From: an uncultured cyanobacterium
GTDB taxonomy: Bacteria; Cyanobacteriota; Cyanobacteriia; Phormidesmidales; Phormidesmidaceae
Direction of reading: 5' to 3'
NCBI GenBank assembly: GCA_963793265.1
Contig: CAWBZI010000001.1
Span: 1,472,001-1,536,000, forward strand
Length of the DNA: 64,000 nucleotides
Positions 55,408-64,000 of the stretch are shown here, piece by piece; the first letter of the stretch is position 1, and every line of letters begins with the position of its first letter. The position numbers and the translations under genes are program-made. The notes below the pieces were generated by a model. That model made no database searches. It saw only the letters and a program-made list of their open reading frames with translations, and was not told where the DNA came from.

Positions 55408-55674
55408 TTACCCGCGTTCTACCTTCACCTGCTTCGTAAGAATGACCATTATCTCGTTGACCTTGCCCGTCGAAATCGGCTGACTCCAATCGTTCGGCTC
55501 AGCGTAGCCCAAGGTGTATAGCAGCTTAATCGTGGCTTGCACCGTGAGCAGATTGCCATATATCATGTGGCGCACTCGATTAGGATCGGCACTGGGTTCT
55601 GAGGCGGGCGGCTCAAAACCGCTGGCATTGGAAGTTTTGGGCGCTGATGCGTCCGAGGTATCGGGTATAAACAT
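55408..55674 (-). CDS. Small hypothetical protein of a recurrent cyanobacterial family (88 aa)
   Basis: Core RHMIYG...VQATI..LY.LGYAEPNDWS.P..TG..NE.M.ILTK, with GGAG upstream of ATG 55674. Confidence 0.7.
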   Translation of the reverse strand: MFIPDTSDASAPKTSNASGFEPPASEPSADPNRVRHMIYGNLLTVQATIKLLYTLGYAEPNDWSQPISTGKVNEIMVILTKQVKVERG

Positions 55675-55823
55675 GAGGGTCTGATCTCCAAAAAGGTGAG
55701 TCGTTTTGAGGAAATCAGAACCCAAAAGAGCTGAGCCACCCCGCAAAATGAAGTACGAATCGAGGTGGCAAAGGGTTACAGTAACCCTAGCCTCCAGACT
55801 GGTGTGATCAGTTTGTCAGGTTA

Positions 55824-55858
55824 GCCGTCGGTTAGGTGTTGTAGCACCTGCCGATGGC
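55824..55858. promoter_or_regulatory. Stem-loop in the leader of the small ORF (possible cis-antisense RNA terminator)
   Basis: gccgtcgg-tt-aggtg-ttgtag-cacct-g-ccgatggc. Confidence 0.55.
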
Positions 55859-56152
55859 GCTCGGCAAAATTGAGTTCTGAGGAAGTAGAATTGTGATAGG
55901 CATCACAGCTCTGACACTGAAGATAGACTGATTTCTGTTTGGAGTCAAGTACCGTGACAAGGATTGAGCCTATCTACACTTGTTTCGTCACCTGAGTAAT
56001 TCGCAGACGAAGAAGAGATAAGAATTCTGATATGTCAACCAGTCCCTCCGCTTCCTGTTGTTCTAATAGAGATAACTTATGGCCTTCGTCTTAGCGGTCA
56101 AGTAGCATCTGCAAACGCGATTGAACTGCTTGGGGCAGTTGGGAACGAGCTA

Positions 56153-56750
56153 CTACTGTGGTTTTTTCGATTCAGTTTCTTCAAACTCGATTGCCTCGTA
56201 TAAGTCTGCTAGCGCGATCGCTACACCCACAGCCTCTATCGTAAAGCTAGCTCTCCAACCCTACATACTCTCTAAACAACCATTGGTTCTCCGACTGCCT
56301 GACATAGTGCTCTACGCAAGGGCGATACTGATGAATGAGCACATATTCTTGAAACGTCTTCATCGTTCGATAGTGCGCAAACTTATCCCCGCGATCGTAG
56401 GCTTCTGTAGAATCAGAAAGCGTCTCTGCAATTAAGATCGCGTTCATCACTGTATCTTTTCTTCCTGGCTTCAGCTCTACCGGATCAGCAAGCACCATCA
56501 CATCAGGATAGGTGTGTAAGTTAGCATCTGGAAGCCAGAGCCTTTGATCCGTTACGAATACGATGTATGGCTTCTGCCTCAAGCCAAACCAAAGCAGCGC
56601 ACTCAGCGCACTCGATAGCTGGTTATGAGCTGGCGTTCCTCCGGCCATTGGCACAATCTCCCCATTACGGTACTCATTGCGAATGTCAGAGTTTACTTCC
56701 AGCGCCAGGTACTCTTCAGCCGTATAGCGTCTTACCGAAGTTGCAACCAT
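56153..56750 (-). pseudogene. Uma2 (DUF820) family endonuclease with a frameshift near 56251
   Basis: EY.NGEI.PMAGG, YPDVMV, ETLS.STEAYDRG.KF..Y and EYVLI.Q. The C-terminus ASFTIEAVGVAIALADLYE.IEF is in another frame. Confidence 0.82.
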
Positions 56751-56904
56751 GAGCGAATTTCTCCTCGCGATATTGACTCATTGTAGTAGGTATTAGTGAA
56801 TCTCCTTACCGCAGTGAGGGTAGTTGGACTGAACGCACTTACGCTGCACCTCATGCCTTTTCAGTATGATGTGAAGGCCGTTTGTATTTATCGGGGGGTG
56901 AGCG

Positions 56905-57752
56905 GTGGGTGATTTCTCTTACGAAAAGCTCTGCCAGCGCACAGATTCTGCCAGCTTTTGCAAACTGCGGTACGTACCTGGCATTGAGCTATTTAGGGCG
57001 CACCTGTTTGAGCATCAGTTCGGCAAACACTTCCACGATGCCTATACCATTGGGCTCAACCAAAGCGGCGTAGGAAAGTGCTTTTACAAAAGAGAAACGC
57101 ACTATCACTATCCTGGCAGCTTCAACTGCATTAATCCGGGTGAAGTGCACACTGGTGCGCCTGTCGCAAATGAGGGCTGGGCCTTCTGGAATGTCTGCAT
57201 TAGCAGTACTGCCATTCAACAGATTGTTCGTCAATTGGGTTGGTCAGATCAAAGCTCGCTGCCGTACTTCTCCCGTATTGTTGTAGAAGATCCTGCTTTG
57301 CATGGGCTGTTTCAACAGCTTTTTTATTCTCTTTCAGAGGCATCTACTCAACCGCTAGATCAGCAGTTTTATCTACTTCACTTCTTTGCTCAGCTATTCT
57401 CTAGACATGTTCAATCTCAACCATCGCTCAGCCCTCCAAAGCTAGAACACAAGGCTATCGGTCGAATACGCGACTATCTGGAATCACGCTGCACTGAGCC
57501 AGTTTCAATCGATGAACTTGCTAAGCTAGCGAGCTCCTTATTCTAATAGGTGCTTTCATCAGTGGCCCCACATAGCTACAAAGGCAGTTGTTGAAGGCAA
57601 AGCAAGCACTAAAAAAAGAAGCTTCCCTGGCAAGTATGCAACAGATTGTTATATTGCGGACGAACTTTTATGACCAAAGTCATTTTACCCGTTGTTTCAA
57701 ATCAAGCTTTTGGGCAACGCGGCAAGTACAGAACGTCAGTTTTGTCCTATAA
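56905..57752 (+). pseudogene. AraC-family transcriptional regulator with the HTH region broken by several indels
   Basis: Cupin H.HD.Y.IG...INPGEVHTG, then IRDYL...SIDELA. Fragments PHSY, AKQALK and FYDQSHFTRCFK are scattered over frames. Confidence 0.85.
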
Positions 57753-57808
57753 ATTGGGTCTTAGAAATATATAGGCTGGGCAGTAGTTTTTATTGCGCCC
57801 TTAAGCCT

Positions 57809-58977
57809 ATGACACTCGCTAAAGATTTCTCATTTTCTGCGGTCATTGCCGGATTTATTACGGTGCTGGTCGGCTTCACAAGTGCAGGCGTCATTGTGTT
57901 TCAGGCCGCACAAGCCTTAGGCGCTTCACCTGCTGAAATTGGTTCGTGGATGTGGGCCTTAGGGCTCGGCATGGGGCTTACCAGCGCGATCTTATCGTGG
58001 CGCTACAAAATGCCAGTGGTTACTGCCTGGTCTACGCCGGGCGCGGCACTGCTGATTCCGGCGGCTGTGGGCGTCTCTATGTCCGATGCGATTGGCGCTT
58101 TTCTACTCTGTGCGCGCTGATTACAGTTTGCGGATTTACCGGCTGGTTTGAGCGAGCTATGAATTCAATCCCGCTGTCTCTGGCCTCAGCAATGCTAGCA
58201 GGCGTATTGTTGCAGTTTGGCTTGGGCGCATTTGTTGCAATGCAAACCCGGTTCGTGATGACGTTTGCAATGTTTTGCTTGTACTTATTCATGCGTCAAA
58301 TCTCACCGCGCTATGCCGTACTGTCTTCTCTGGTACTTGGGATTTTGATTGCAGGGGCGCAAGGACTGCTTCAGCTCGATACAATTCAGTGGCAGCTCGC
58401 ACAGCCTGTTTTTACGGCACCCACTTTCTCCTTTTCAGCCATTGTCGGCGTTGGTTTACCGCTATTTATTGTGACAATGGCTTCGCAGAATGTACCGGGT
58501 GTTGCGGTAATTCGCGCCTTTGGTTACGATACGCCGATCTCTCCTTTAATTGGCTGGACGGGTGTTGCAACTTTGTTGTTGGCCCCATTTGGTGCATTTG
58601 CGATTAACTTAGCTGCGATTACAGCGGCCATTTCAATGGGGAGAGAAGCGCACGAAGACCCGGATAAGCGGTATGTGGCAGCGATCGCAGTCGGCATTTT
58701 TTACATCATCATTGGCCTATTCGGCGCTACTGTCGGCTCATTATTTGCGGCCTTGCCTAACGAGCTTGTAGTCGCGATCGCTGGCCTTGCCCTCTTAGGC
58801 ACTATCGGCAAAGGTCTTGCAGTCGCCCTCGCAGACGAAAAAGACCGCGAAGCCGCACTCATCACTTTTCTTGTTACTGCCTCTGGAATTGCCTTATTCG
58901 GTATCGGATCAGCCTTCTGGGGGCTCATTGCAGGCGGATTTGCTACTGCTATCACAACGCTTAAGCGAAGCACATAG
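57809..58977 (+). pseudogene. benE: BenE-family benzoate/H+ symporter with a frameshift near 58112
   Basis: AWSTPGAALL in the first frame, and ASAMLAG.L, VTMASQN.PG and NLAAITAAI in the second. Junction tgtgcgcgctgatt lacks one base. Confidence 0.85.
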
Positions 58978-58999
58978 TTGGGTACAGGAATCGAATAGC

Positions 59000-59461
59000 T
59001 TATTCAGCCATAAAGTCGTCATGTAACGACTGAGCAATTGTATAAGGGCACTCGTTCGGAAATGCCGATTGAGCAATGCCTGTTTCTATCGATGCTAGCT
59101 TCACTGCGCTGGTATAGGCTGATGACAATATATTCTCTATGTAAGGCTTCAGACTAGGTGAAGCCTCAAGCGCTTCATGCACTCGTCTGCGATGCTCTGC
59201 AATGCTACTAGCCCAGCTTCTGCTTCTGCGATCGGGCTGATACTGCCATTTAAGGAGATGCAGTAGAACGATAATAAGATTACTTTTTAAACGACGCTTT
59301 TCGCTGCGGCTCATCTCAGCAATCTCATCTAGCAAATTCTCCCAGTCAACGTCGGCATAGTCCTGACGCTGTAATTTTTGTATCGTCGTTTCTACCCACT
59401 GCACGTAGTCAGTATCGTATAGCGATCGCGTCGTCCGTTTAGTAGAAGGTGAGATTGTCAT
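59000..59461 (-). CDS. DUF29 family protein
   Basis: LYDTDY..W, DWENL.DEI..M.RSEKR, HLLKWQYQP..RS.SW, SPSLK and FP.ECPY. Confidence 0.93.
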   Translation of the reverse strand: MTISPSTKRTTRSLYDTDYVQWVETTIQKLQRQDYADVDWENLLDEIAEMSRSEKRRLKSNLIIVLLHLLKWQYQPDRRSRSWASSIAEHRRRVHEALEASPSLKPYIENILSSAYTSAVKLASIETGIAQSAFPNECPYTIAQSLHDDFMAE

Positions 59462-59493
59462 AGCGAATCATTTTTACCGTTTCAAAAAGGGAC

Positions 59494-59955
59494 TCATCTG
59501 GGCATAAAATCTTGGTCTAGAACTTGATCTATTGTGTAAGGACATTCTGATGGAAAAGTATCTACAGAAAGTTGTGTTTCAGCAACCGCTTGCCGAAGAG
59601 CGTAGCGATACTCACCATCAAATACTTGCTCTAAATAAGGTTTTAAGCTGGGTGATTCTTTCAACGACTTAGAAACTCGTCTGCGATGCTCAACGATACT
59701 CCCAGCCCAGCTTCCGCTTCTACGCTCAGGCTGATACTGCCACTTTAGCAAATGCAACACTATGACAATGAGGTTGCTTTCTAAACTATGCTTTTCACTA
59801 CGCCCCATGGCTTCAATTTCCTCAACCAAATTCTCCCAATCGACACCGGCATAGTCCTGCTGCTTTATCTTTTGCAGCGTCGTTTCTATCCACCGCATGT
59901 AATCGGTATCGTAAAGGGATTGAGTTGTTGGCTTGAGAGAAGGTGAGGTGGTCAT
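59494..59955 (-). CDS. DUF29 family protein (tandem paralog)
   Basis: Same motifs as the neighbour. Confidence 0.93.
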   Translation of the reverse strand: MTTSPSLKPTTQSLYDTDYMRWIETTLQKIKQQDYAGVDWENLVEEIEAMGRSEKHSLESNLIVIVLHLLKWQYQPERRSGSWAGSIVEHRRRVSKSLKESPSLKPYLEQVFDGEYRYALRQAVAETQLSVDTFPSECPYTIDQVLDQDFMPR

Positions 59956-60103
59956 GGCATCACTGTCTTTAGCGAGTCAGAATAGATTGATTATAGCGGT
60001 CGCTAGGACTTGAGAAGATGGGCGATCGCATTCAATGCAACCTCTGTAACAGTCCATTTGCCCTATGCTGTGCTTAACTAAAGCGGCGTAAGCGAGGAAC
60101 ACA

Positions 60104-61165
60104 ATGGATGTTGCGATTATCGGGGCTAGCGGAGACTGCGGCAGAGAAATTGTCGCACAGCTAGTGGTGCTTGGCGTACTAGATCCAACTGAGCGGTTGC
60201 AGCTCGTAGGGCGAGAAGAAGGGCGCAGCGGGCAGGTATTGTTTGGGCTCTGTAGCGATTTGAGCGATGCCTACGCAGAGAAAGCACCGATCTTTGATGT
60301 GGCGCTGCGGCCTGAAGATATTGTTGCTGACGTGATTGTGATGACGGCGGGGGCAACGGTAGATGGGAAGATTACGTCTCGAGCGCAGCTCGCTGAGACG
60401 AATCTGCCGATATTTGAGCGCTACGCTAAGGCGATCGCGAAACATGGCTACGGTCACGAAGTCGCTATCATCATCACCAATCCTGTAGAACTTGCCGTTG
60501 AAGTATTCAGCCGACACTTAGGTCGCCATCGAGTGATTGGGGTAGGCGCTTACTCCGACACGCTCAGATTTCGTAGAGAAATTGCCGCTGACTTGGGCGT
60601 GCGGCGACAGCTCGTGCAGGGCTTTGTAGTGGGCGAGCACGGTGAGAGAATGGTGCCGCTATGGAGCAGCGTAAAGATTCACGGCATGACTAATGAAGAA
60701 CTTAGAGAAACCCGCCGTTGCATTCAAAGAGATCGCTCTATTCACGCCTTTCATGACGAAATTATCCAAGAAAAACAGGTAGCGATGGACTTAGTGAAAG
60801 CAGGTGATATTCCTAAAGCCTACCGCTATGTTGATAGCCTAGCGCCTGATTTACGCGTATTTATCAAGCCTTTTGTGACACATCAGTCTGGGGCAAAAAC
60901 GGTTGTTGCTACAGCGAACGTTACGGTGGACTTAGTGCAAAATTTACTTCAGGGAAGAGAGATTGTCGTGTGCGGGCAGGTGCAGCTTGCGGGTGAGTTT
61001 TATGATATTCATACGCCGCTGGGAGTGCCAATTGTGGTGACGCCTAGCGGCTGGAGCCGGGTTGTTAATTTGCAGCTTTGGGCTGAAGAAGCTGAAATGC
61101 TTCAGCAGACGGCCGACGTGCTCAACAAACGGCTAAAGGAGGATTTGGCGCATGGAAAAGTCTGA
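60104..61165 (+). CDS. LDH/MDH-superfamily 2-hydroxyacid dehydrogenase-like protein
   Basis: IIGASGDCG Rossmann motif, TNPVE, DTLRF and GEHG catalytic His. Atypical substrate loop. Confidence 0.85.
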   Translation: MDVAIIGASGDCGREIVAQLVVLGVLDPTERLQLVGREEGRSGQVLFGLCSDLSDAYAEKAPIFDVALRPEDIVADVIVMTAGATVDGKITSRAQLAETNLPIFERYAKAIAKHGYGHEVAIIITNPVELAVEVFSRHLGRHRVIGVGAYSDTLRFRREIAADLGVRRQLVQGFVVGEHGERMVPLWSSVKIHGMTNEELRETRRCIQRDRSIHAFHDEIIQEKQVAMDLVKAGDIPKAYRYVDSLAPDLRVFIKPFVTHQSGAKTVVATANVTVDLVQNLLQGREIVVCGQVQLAGEFYDIHTPLGVPIVVTPSGWSRVVNLQLWAEEAEMLQQTADVLNKRLKEDLAHGKV

Positions 61166-61637
61166 AGGGTTTGTCAGCAGGCGGTGGGTGTTTGTGGTGC
61201 GAGCGTTGAATAAGCCGGGAACGGTGACGGCAGCGGCGGCGGTGTTTTCTAATCGCGGGGTGTCATTAGAGAGTATTTTGGGCAGTGGAATTGATGCGGC
61301 TAGTGAGGATGATGGCCGGTTGTTGTTTAGCTTTAGAACGAGTGAGGAGAAGCAAGAGTTGTTGAAGCGATCGCTCGAAAGGCTTCCGCATATTTTCAAG
61401 GTCGATGCCTACCCCTATGAAGACGATCGGCTAAGAGCGATCGCAGTGGCAAAGCTCGTGCCTGAAGCCCGGCTTAACCGTGATACAGAAGAACTCTATA
61501 TCGAGACGATTTCACGCAGTAAAACCTCTTCTTTGCTGCTGTTGAGTGGCGGAACTAACGCCGTTGAGGAGGCGATCACGCATTTCCGTGAGCAGCAGCA
61601 GCTCAAAGACGTAGTGATGTCTACGATTACGGTTTAA
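61152..61637 (+). CDS. ACT-domain protein resembling the acetolactate synthase regulatory subunit N-domain
   Basis: ALNKPGTVTAAAAVFSNRGVSLESI. 14-bp overlap with the upstream gene. Confidence 0.75.
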   Translation: MEKSEGFVSRRWVFVVRALNKPGTVTAAAAVFSNRGVSLESILGSGIDAASEDDGRLLFSFRTSEEKQELLKRSLERLPHIFKVDAYPYEDDRLRAIAVAKLVPEARLNRDTEELYIETISRSKTSSLLLLSGGTNAVEEAITHFREQQQLKDVVMSTITV

Positions 61638-61675
61638 GGTCGAAGATTAAGCAAGTTTAACCTGCATATCTCGCG

Positions 61676-61777
61676 GCCCTCATCCTAAATCCTTCTCCCT
61701 CGGGGAGAAGGACTTTGAGTCCGCGCTCCCTCTCTCTTTGGCTCCCTCTCCCTTTGGGAGAGGGTTGGGGTGAGGGC
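61676..61777. repeat. Composite palindromic intergenic element (CCCTCTCCC-N-GGGAGAGGG type, REP/MITE-like)
   Basis: Terminal IR gccctca.cc / gg.tgagggc enclosing hairpins tccttctccc..gggagaagga and ccctctccc-ttt-gggagaggg. Confidence 0.75.
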
Positions 61778-61826
61778 TCCAGCAAATGACGCTTGAGCAG
61801 TTTGCTCAACCCCTGCTCCCTAGCCC

Positions 61827-63440
61827 TCATGCCGTGATCGCCTCACTCTCATGCGCAAGCTGCTCTGTCCAATCCATATCCTCTCCTTTCACAGCCCCAG
61901 CAGCAGGCATCTTACGCAAACGCATCAGCTCAGAAATAGCGGCAATATCGCGATCGCGCCCAATCCCCGCCACCGCCATCACCTGATCGTCTTCTATATA
62001 GAACGCCAAAAACTTCTGATCGTCCAAGCTCCCCTGCACAACAACATCGTCATACTTCTCTGAATGTCCAACATAGCGCAGCTTCAGATCAAACTGGCCT
62101 GACCAAAAATAAGGAACAGCTTTAAAAGGCACCGTCTGCCCGTTCATATTACAGGCGGCAATCCGACCGTGCTGCATTGCCAGCCGCCAGTGCTCAATCC
62201 GTACCGGCTCACCCGTCATAAAGTGCGGAAACTGTGCGATATCACCCGCCGCGTATACGTTGGGCGCAGCCTGCAAATACTGACTAACCGGCACACTATG
62301 GTCGTCATCATCCAGCGCAATCCCCTCGATAAAGTCCGTCGCCGGGCTCACGCCGATGCCTACAATCACCAAATCCGCAGGCAAAGTCTCTCCTGACTCC
62401 AGCTCAACCGATTCAACTTTCCCATTACCTTTTAGCGTCTTCGCCTTGTTCTCTAACTTAAACACCACGCCTTTTGACTCATGCACCTGTTGAAACATCT
62501 TGCCAACAGAGTCACCCAGAACCTTCTCAAAAGGCACTTTATTCGGCGCTACTACCGTCACATCAAGGCCCTTTTGTTGCAGGCTTGCCGCCGCTTCCAT
62601 GCCAATAAAACCCGCACCAATTACAACAACTTTCTTGGCATCTTTGGCAGTCTCTAGAATGCTTTGCGTGTCTTGAACTTGCCTGATCGTAAATACGTTA
62701 GACAGCTCGCTACCGTCTATGGGTAGGCTGCGAACCTTGCCGCCAGTTGCTAATAACAGCGCATCGTAGTTGAGTGTTTGACTATCGCCATAGGTAATCT
62801 GTTGCGCTTTTACGTCTAAGCCTGTGACCGGGGAGTTTGTTTTTACTTCGATGGCGTGCTGTTTGTAGAATTGGGGCGATCGCAATAAATCCGCTCCCGC
62901 CAGCTCATCCTTTTGCAAAGCCGCCTTACTCAGCTTCGTGCGGTCATAAGGCAAATCAGCATCCGCCGTCAGCATCACCACTTTTCCCTTAAAGCCAGTC
63001 TGCCTCAGCATCTCAGCCGCCGAATTACCCGCCGCACCGCCACCGACAACCACAAACACTCTGCCATCTTCACCAGCATCGGCATTCACCATCTCAGGCG
63101 TCACATGATCTTCTCCCAACTCGGGCAGCTCAACATAAACAGTTCCCGACTCAACCTCAACCGCATAGCTAGCCAGATTCTTTCGACCCGGCGGCTCTAG
63201 CTGCTCACCAGACTCGATCCCATAACACGCATTATGCCAAGGACAGATCACTCTATTGTTGTGCAGCACTCCTTTCTCCAAAGGCGCACCGTAGTGCGAA
63301 CAGTGCGCGGCTGTCGCAAAAAAACCGTCTTTAGAATGCGCCAGCAAAATTTCTTTATCAGCAACTGAAAACTGTCGCATCTCGCCTTCGCGCAGCTCAT
63401 TCGTCTGACAAACTGATACGACACCGTTGGCGAACTCCAC
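61827..63440 (-). CDS. Rieske [2Fe-2S] + FAD/NAD(P)-dependent oxidoreductase (AIF-like)
   Basis: CSHYG...CPWH Rieske motif, VGGGAAG, YDRTKLSK, LATG, IGAGFIGME, AAGD and VPYFWS. The 5' end may be altered by the IS. Confidence 0.92.
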   Translation of the reverse strand: MEFANGVVSVCQTNELREGEMRQFSVADKEILLAHSKDGFFATAAHCSHYGAPLEKGVLHNNRVICPWHNACYGIESGEQLEPPGRKNLASYAVEVESGTVYVELPELGEDHVTPEMVNADAGEDGRVFVVVGGGAAGNSAAEMLRQTGFKGKVVMLTADADLPYDRTKLSKAALQKDELAGADLLRSPQFYKQHAIEVKTNSPVTGLDVKAQQITYGDSQTLNYDALLLATGGKVRSLPIDGSELSNVFTIRQVQDTQSILETAKDAKKVVVIGAGFIGMEAAASLQQKGLDVTVVAPNKVPFEKVLGDSVGKMFQQVHESKGVVFKLENKAKTLKGNGKVESVELESGETLPADLVIVGIGVSPATDFIEGIALDDDDHSVPVSQYLQAAPNVYAAGDIAQFPHFMTGEPVRIEHWRLAMQHGRIAACNMNGQTVPFKAVPYFWSGQFDLKLRYVGHSEKYDDVVVQGSLDDQKFLAFYIEDDQVMAVAGIGRDRDIAAISELMRLRKMPAAGAVKGEDMDWTEQLAHESEAITA

Positions 63441-64000
63441 AGTAGCGAGTAATCGGTAAGCTATAGCTGACTTCCATCTTTTCTATGAGGGCGATCGCAA
63501 ATGTCTATCCAACCTCAATCCACCTCAGCAGTTCCGGCAGACACACTGCGCGTCGCGAAAGCCGCGTTTGCCAAAGGCAATCCATACCTAACGCTGCACG
63601 ATGAACTGGGGCTAATTTTTGAGGACAGCGACTTTAGCGAAGTCTTCTCAAAAGTGGGCCAGTCAGCGATTCCACCGTGGCGACTAGCGCTCATAACTAT
63701 CATGCAGTTCCGCGAGAAGCTCCCAGACCGGCAAGCAGCAGAAGCCGTACGCTCTCGCATCGACTGGAAATATCTGCTGCGGCTAGATCTAACCGATACC
63801 GGCTTTAACTACAGCGTTCTGAGTGAGTTTCGAGACCGTCTTATAGCCGGTAATATCGAAAACCTGCTGCTCGATAAACTACTAGAGCGGTGCCAAGCGC
63901 TAGGCCTCATCAAAGCAGGCGGCAAGCAGCGCACTGACTCAACGCGAGTGCTAGCGGCGATTCGCAACCTGAATCGCTTGGAAGTTGTTGGAGAAACCCT
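63420..64000 (+). mobile_element. IS1182-family insertion sequence, left part (runs off the window)
   Basis: Transposase ORF from 63501. Candidate left IR acaccgttggcgaactc near 63421; the boundary is inferred because the right IR is not visible. Confidence 0.8.
63501..64000 (+). CDS. IS1182-family transposase (3' truncated; not in the ORF track)
   Basis: MSIQPQ...TLRVAKAAF.KGN.Y..L.DELG, PWRLAL.TIMQF.E.L.DRQAAEAVR.RIDWKY.L, SVLSEFR.RL and QRTDST.VLAAIR.LNRLE.VGETL. Confidence 0.92.
   Translation, partial: MSIQPQSTSAVPADTLRVAKAAFAKGNPYLTLHDELGLIFEDSDFSEVFSKVGQSAIPPWRLALITIMQFREKLPDRQAAEAVRSRIDWKYLLRLDLTDTGFNYSVLSEFRDRLIAGNIENLLLDKLLERCQALGLIKAGGKQRTDSTRVLAAIRNLNRLEVVGET

Larger units (their letters stand above)
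5270..63498. repeat. HIP1 octamer GCGATCGC, dispersed (roughly 65-70 copies by eye)
   Basis: Examples at 5270, 12683, 37501, 40657, 42048, 48306, 62876 and 63491. A random 8-mer would occur about once in 64 kb. Hallmark of many cyanobacterial genomes. Confidence 0.95.

Noticed and set aside
55170..58120. Programmed ribosomal frameshifting in the broken genes
   Set aside because: No slippery heptamers or stimulators at the junctions, the gene families are unrelated, and AraC has multiple indels.
1..64000. CRISPR array, rRNA or tRNA genes
   Set aside because: No regularly spaced direct repeats with unique spacers and no tRNA/rRNA signatures seen in the intergenic regions.

Overview
Cyanobacterial chromosomal window, judged by the split rpoC1/rpoC2 genes, curT, a PTPA-CTERM protein and very dense HIP1 (GCGATCGC) octamers. 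It is mostly core genes: gltX, ftsH, era, dapL, an sbcC-like ATPase, hisD, rpsT-tatD-rpoB-rpoC1-rpoC2, remA, an HtrA protease, hflX, curT and a SNF2 helicase. Signalling and accessory genes are interspersed: a TPR-CHAT protease operon with two unknown partner genes at the left edge, two tandem Ser/Thr kinase-TPR paralogs, a PAS-GGDEF-EAL protein, a caspase-STAND NTPase membrane protein, Uma2 and DUF29 genes, an LDH/MDH-like enzyme coupled to an ACT protein, and an IS1182-family element at the right edge. Four nearby genes at 54.5-59 kb are frameshifted, which is either an assembly artefact or local decay. Main points of interest: (i) a local G/C strand-skew flip centred on HIP1 sites regardless of gene orientation, (ii) the three-gene CHAT module, (iii) the non-canonical dehydrogenase-ACT pair, (iv) a SymE/SymR-like leader on a small unknown gene, (v) an apparent AUA start for hflX, (vi) an IS end apparently supplying the start codon of a Rieske oxidoreductase. 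No rRNA, tRNA or CRISPR array was seen. All calls come from reading motifs by eye; no database search was run.
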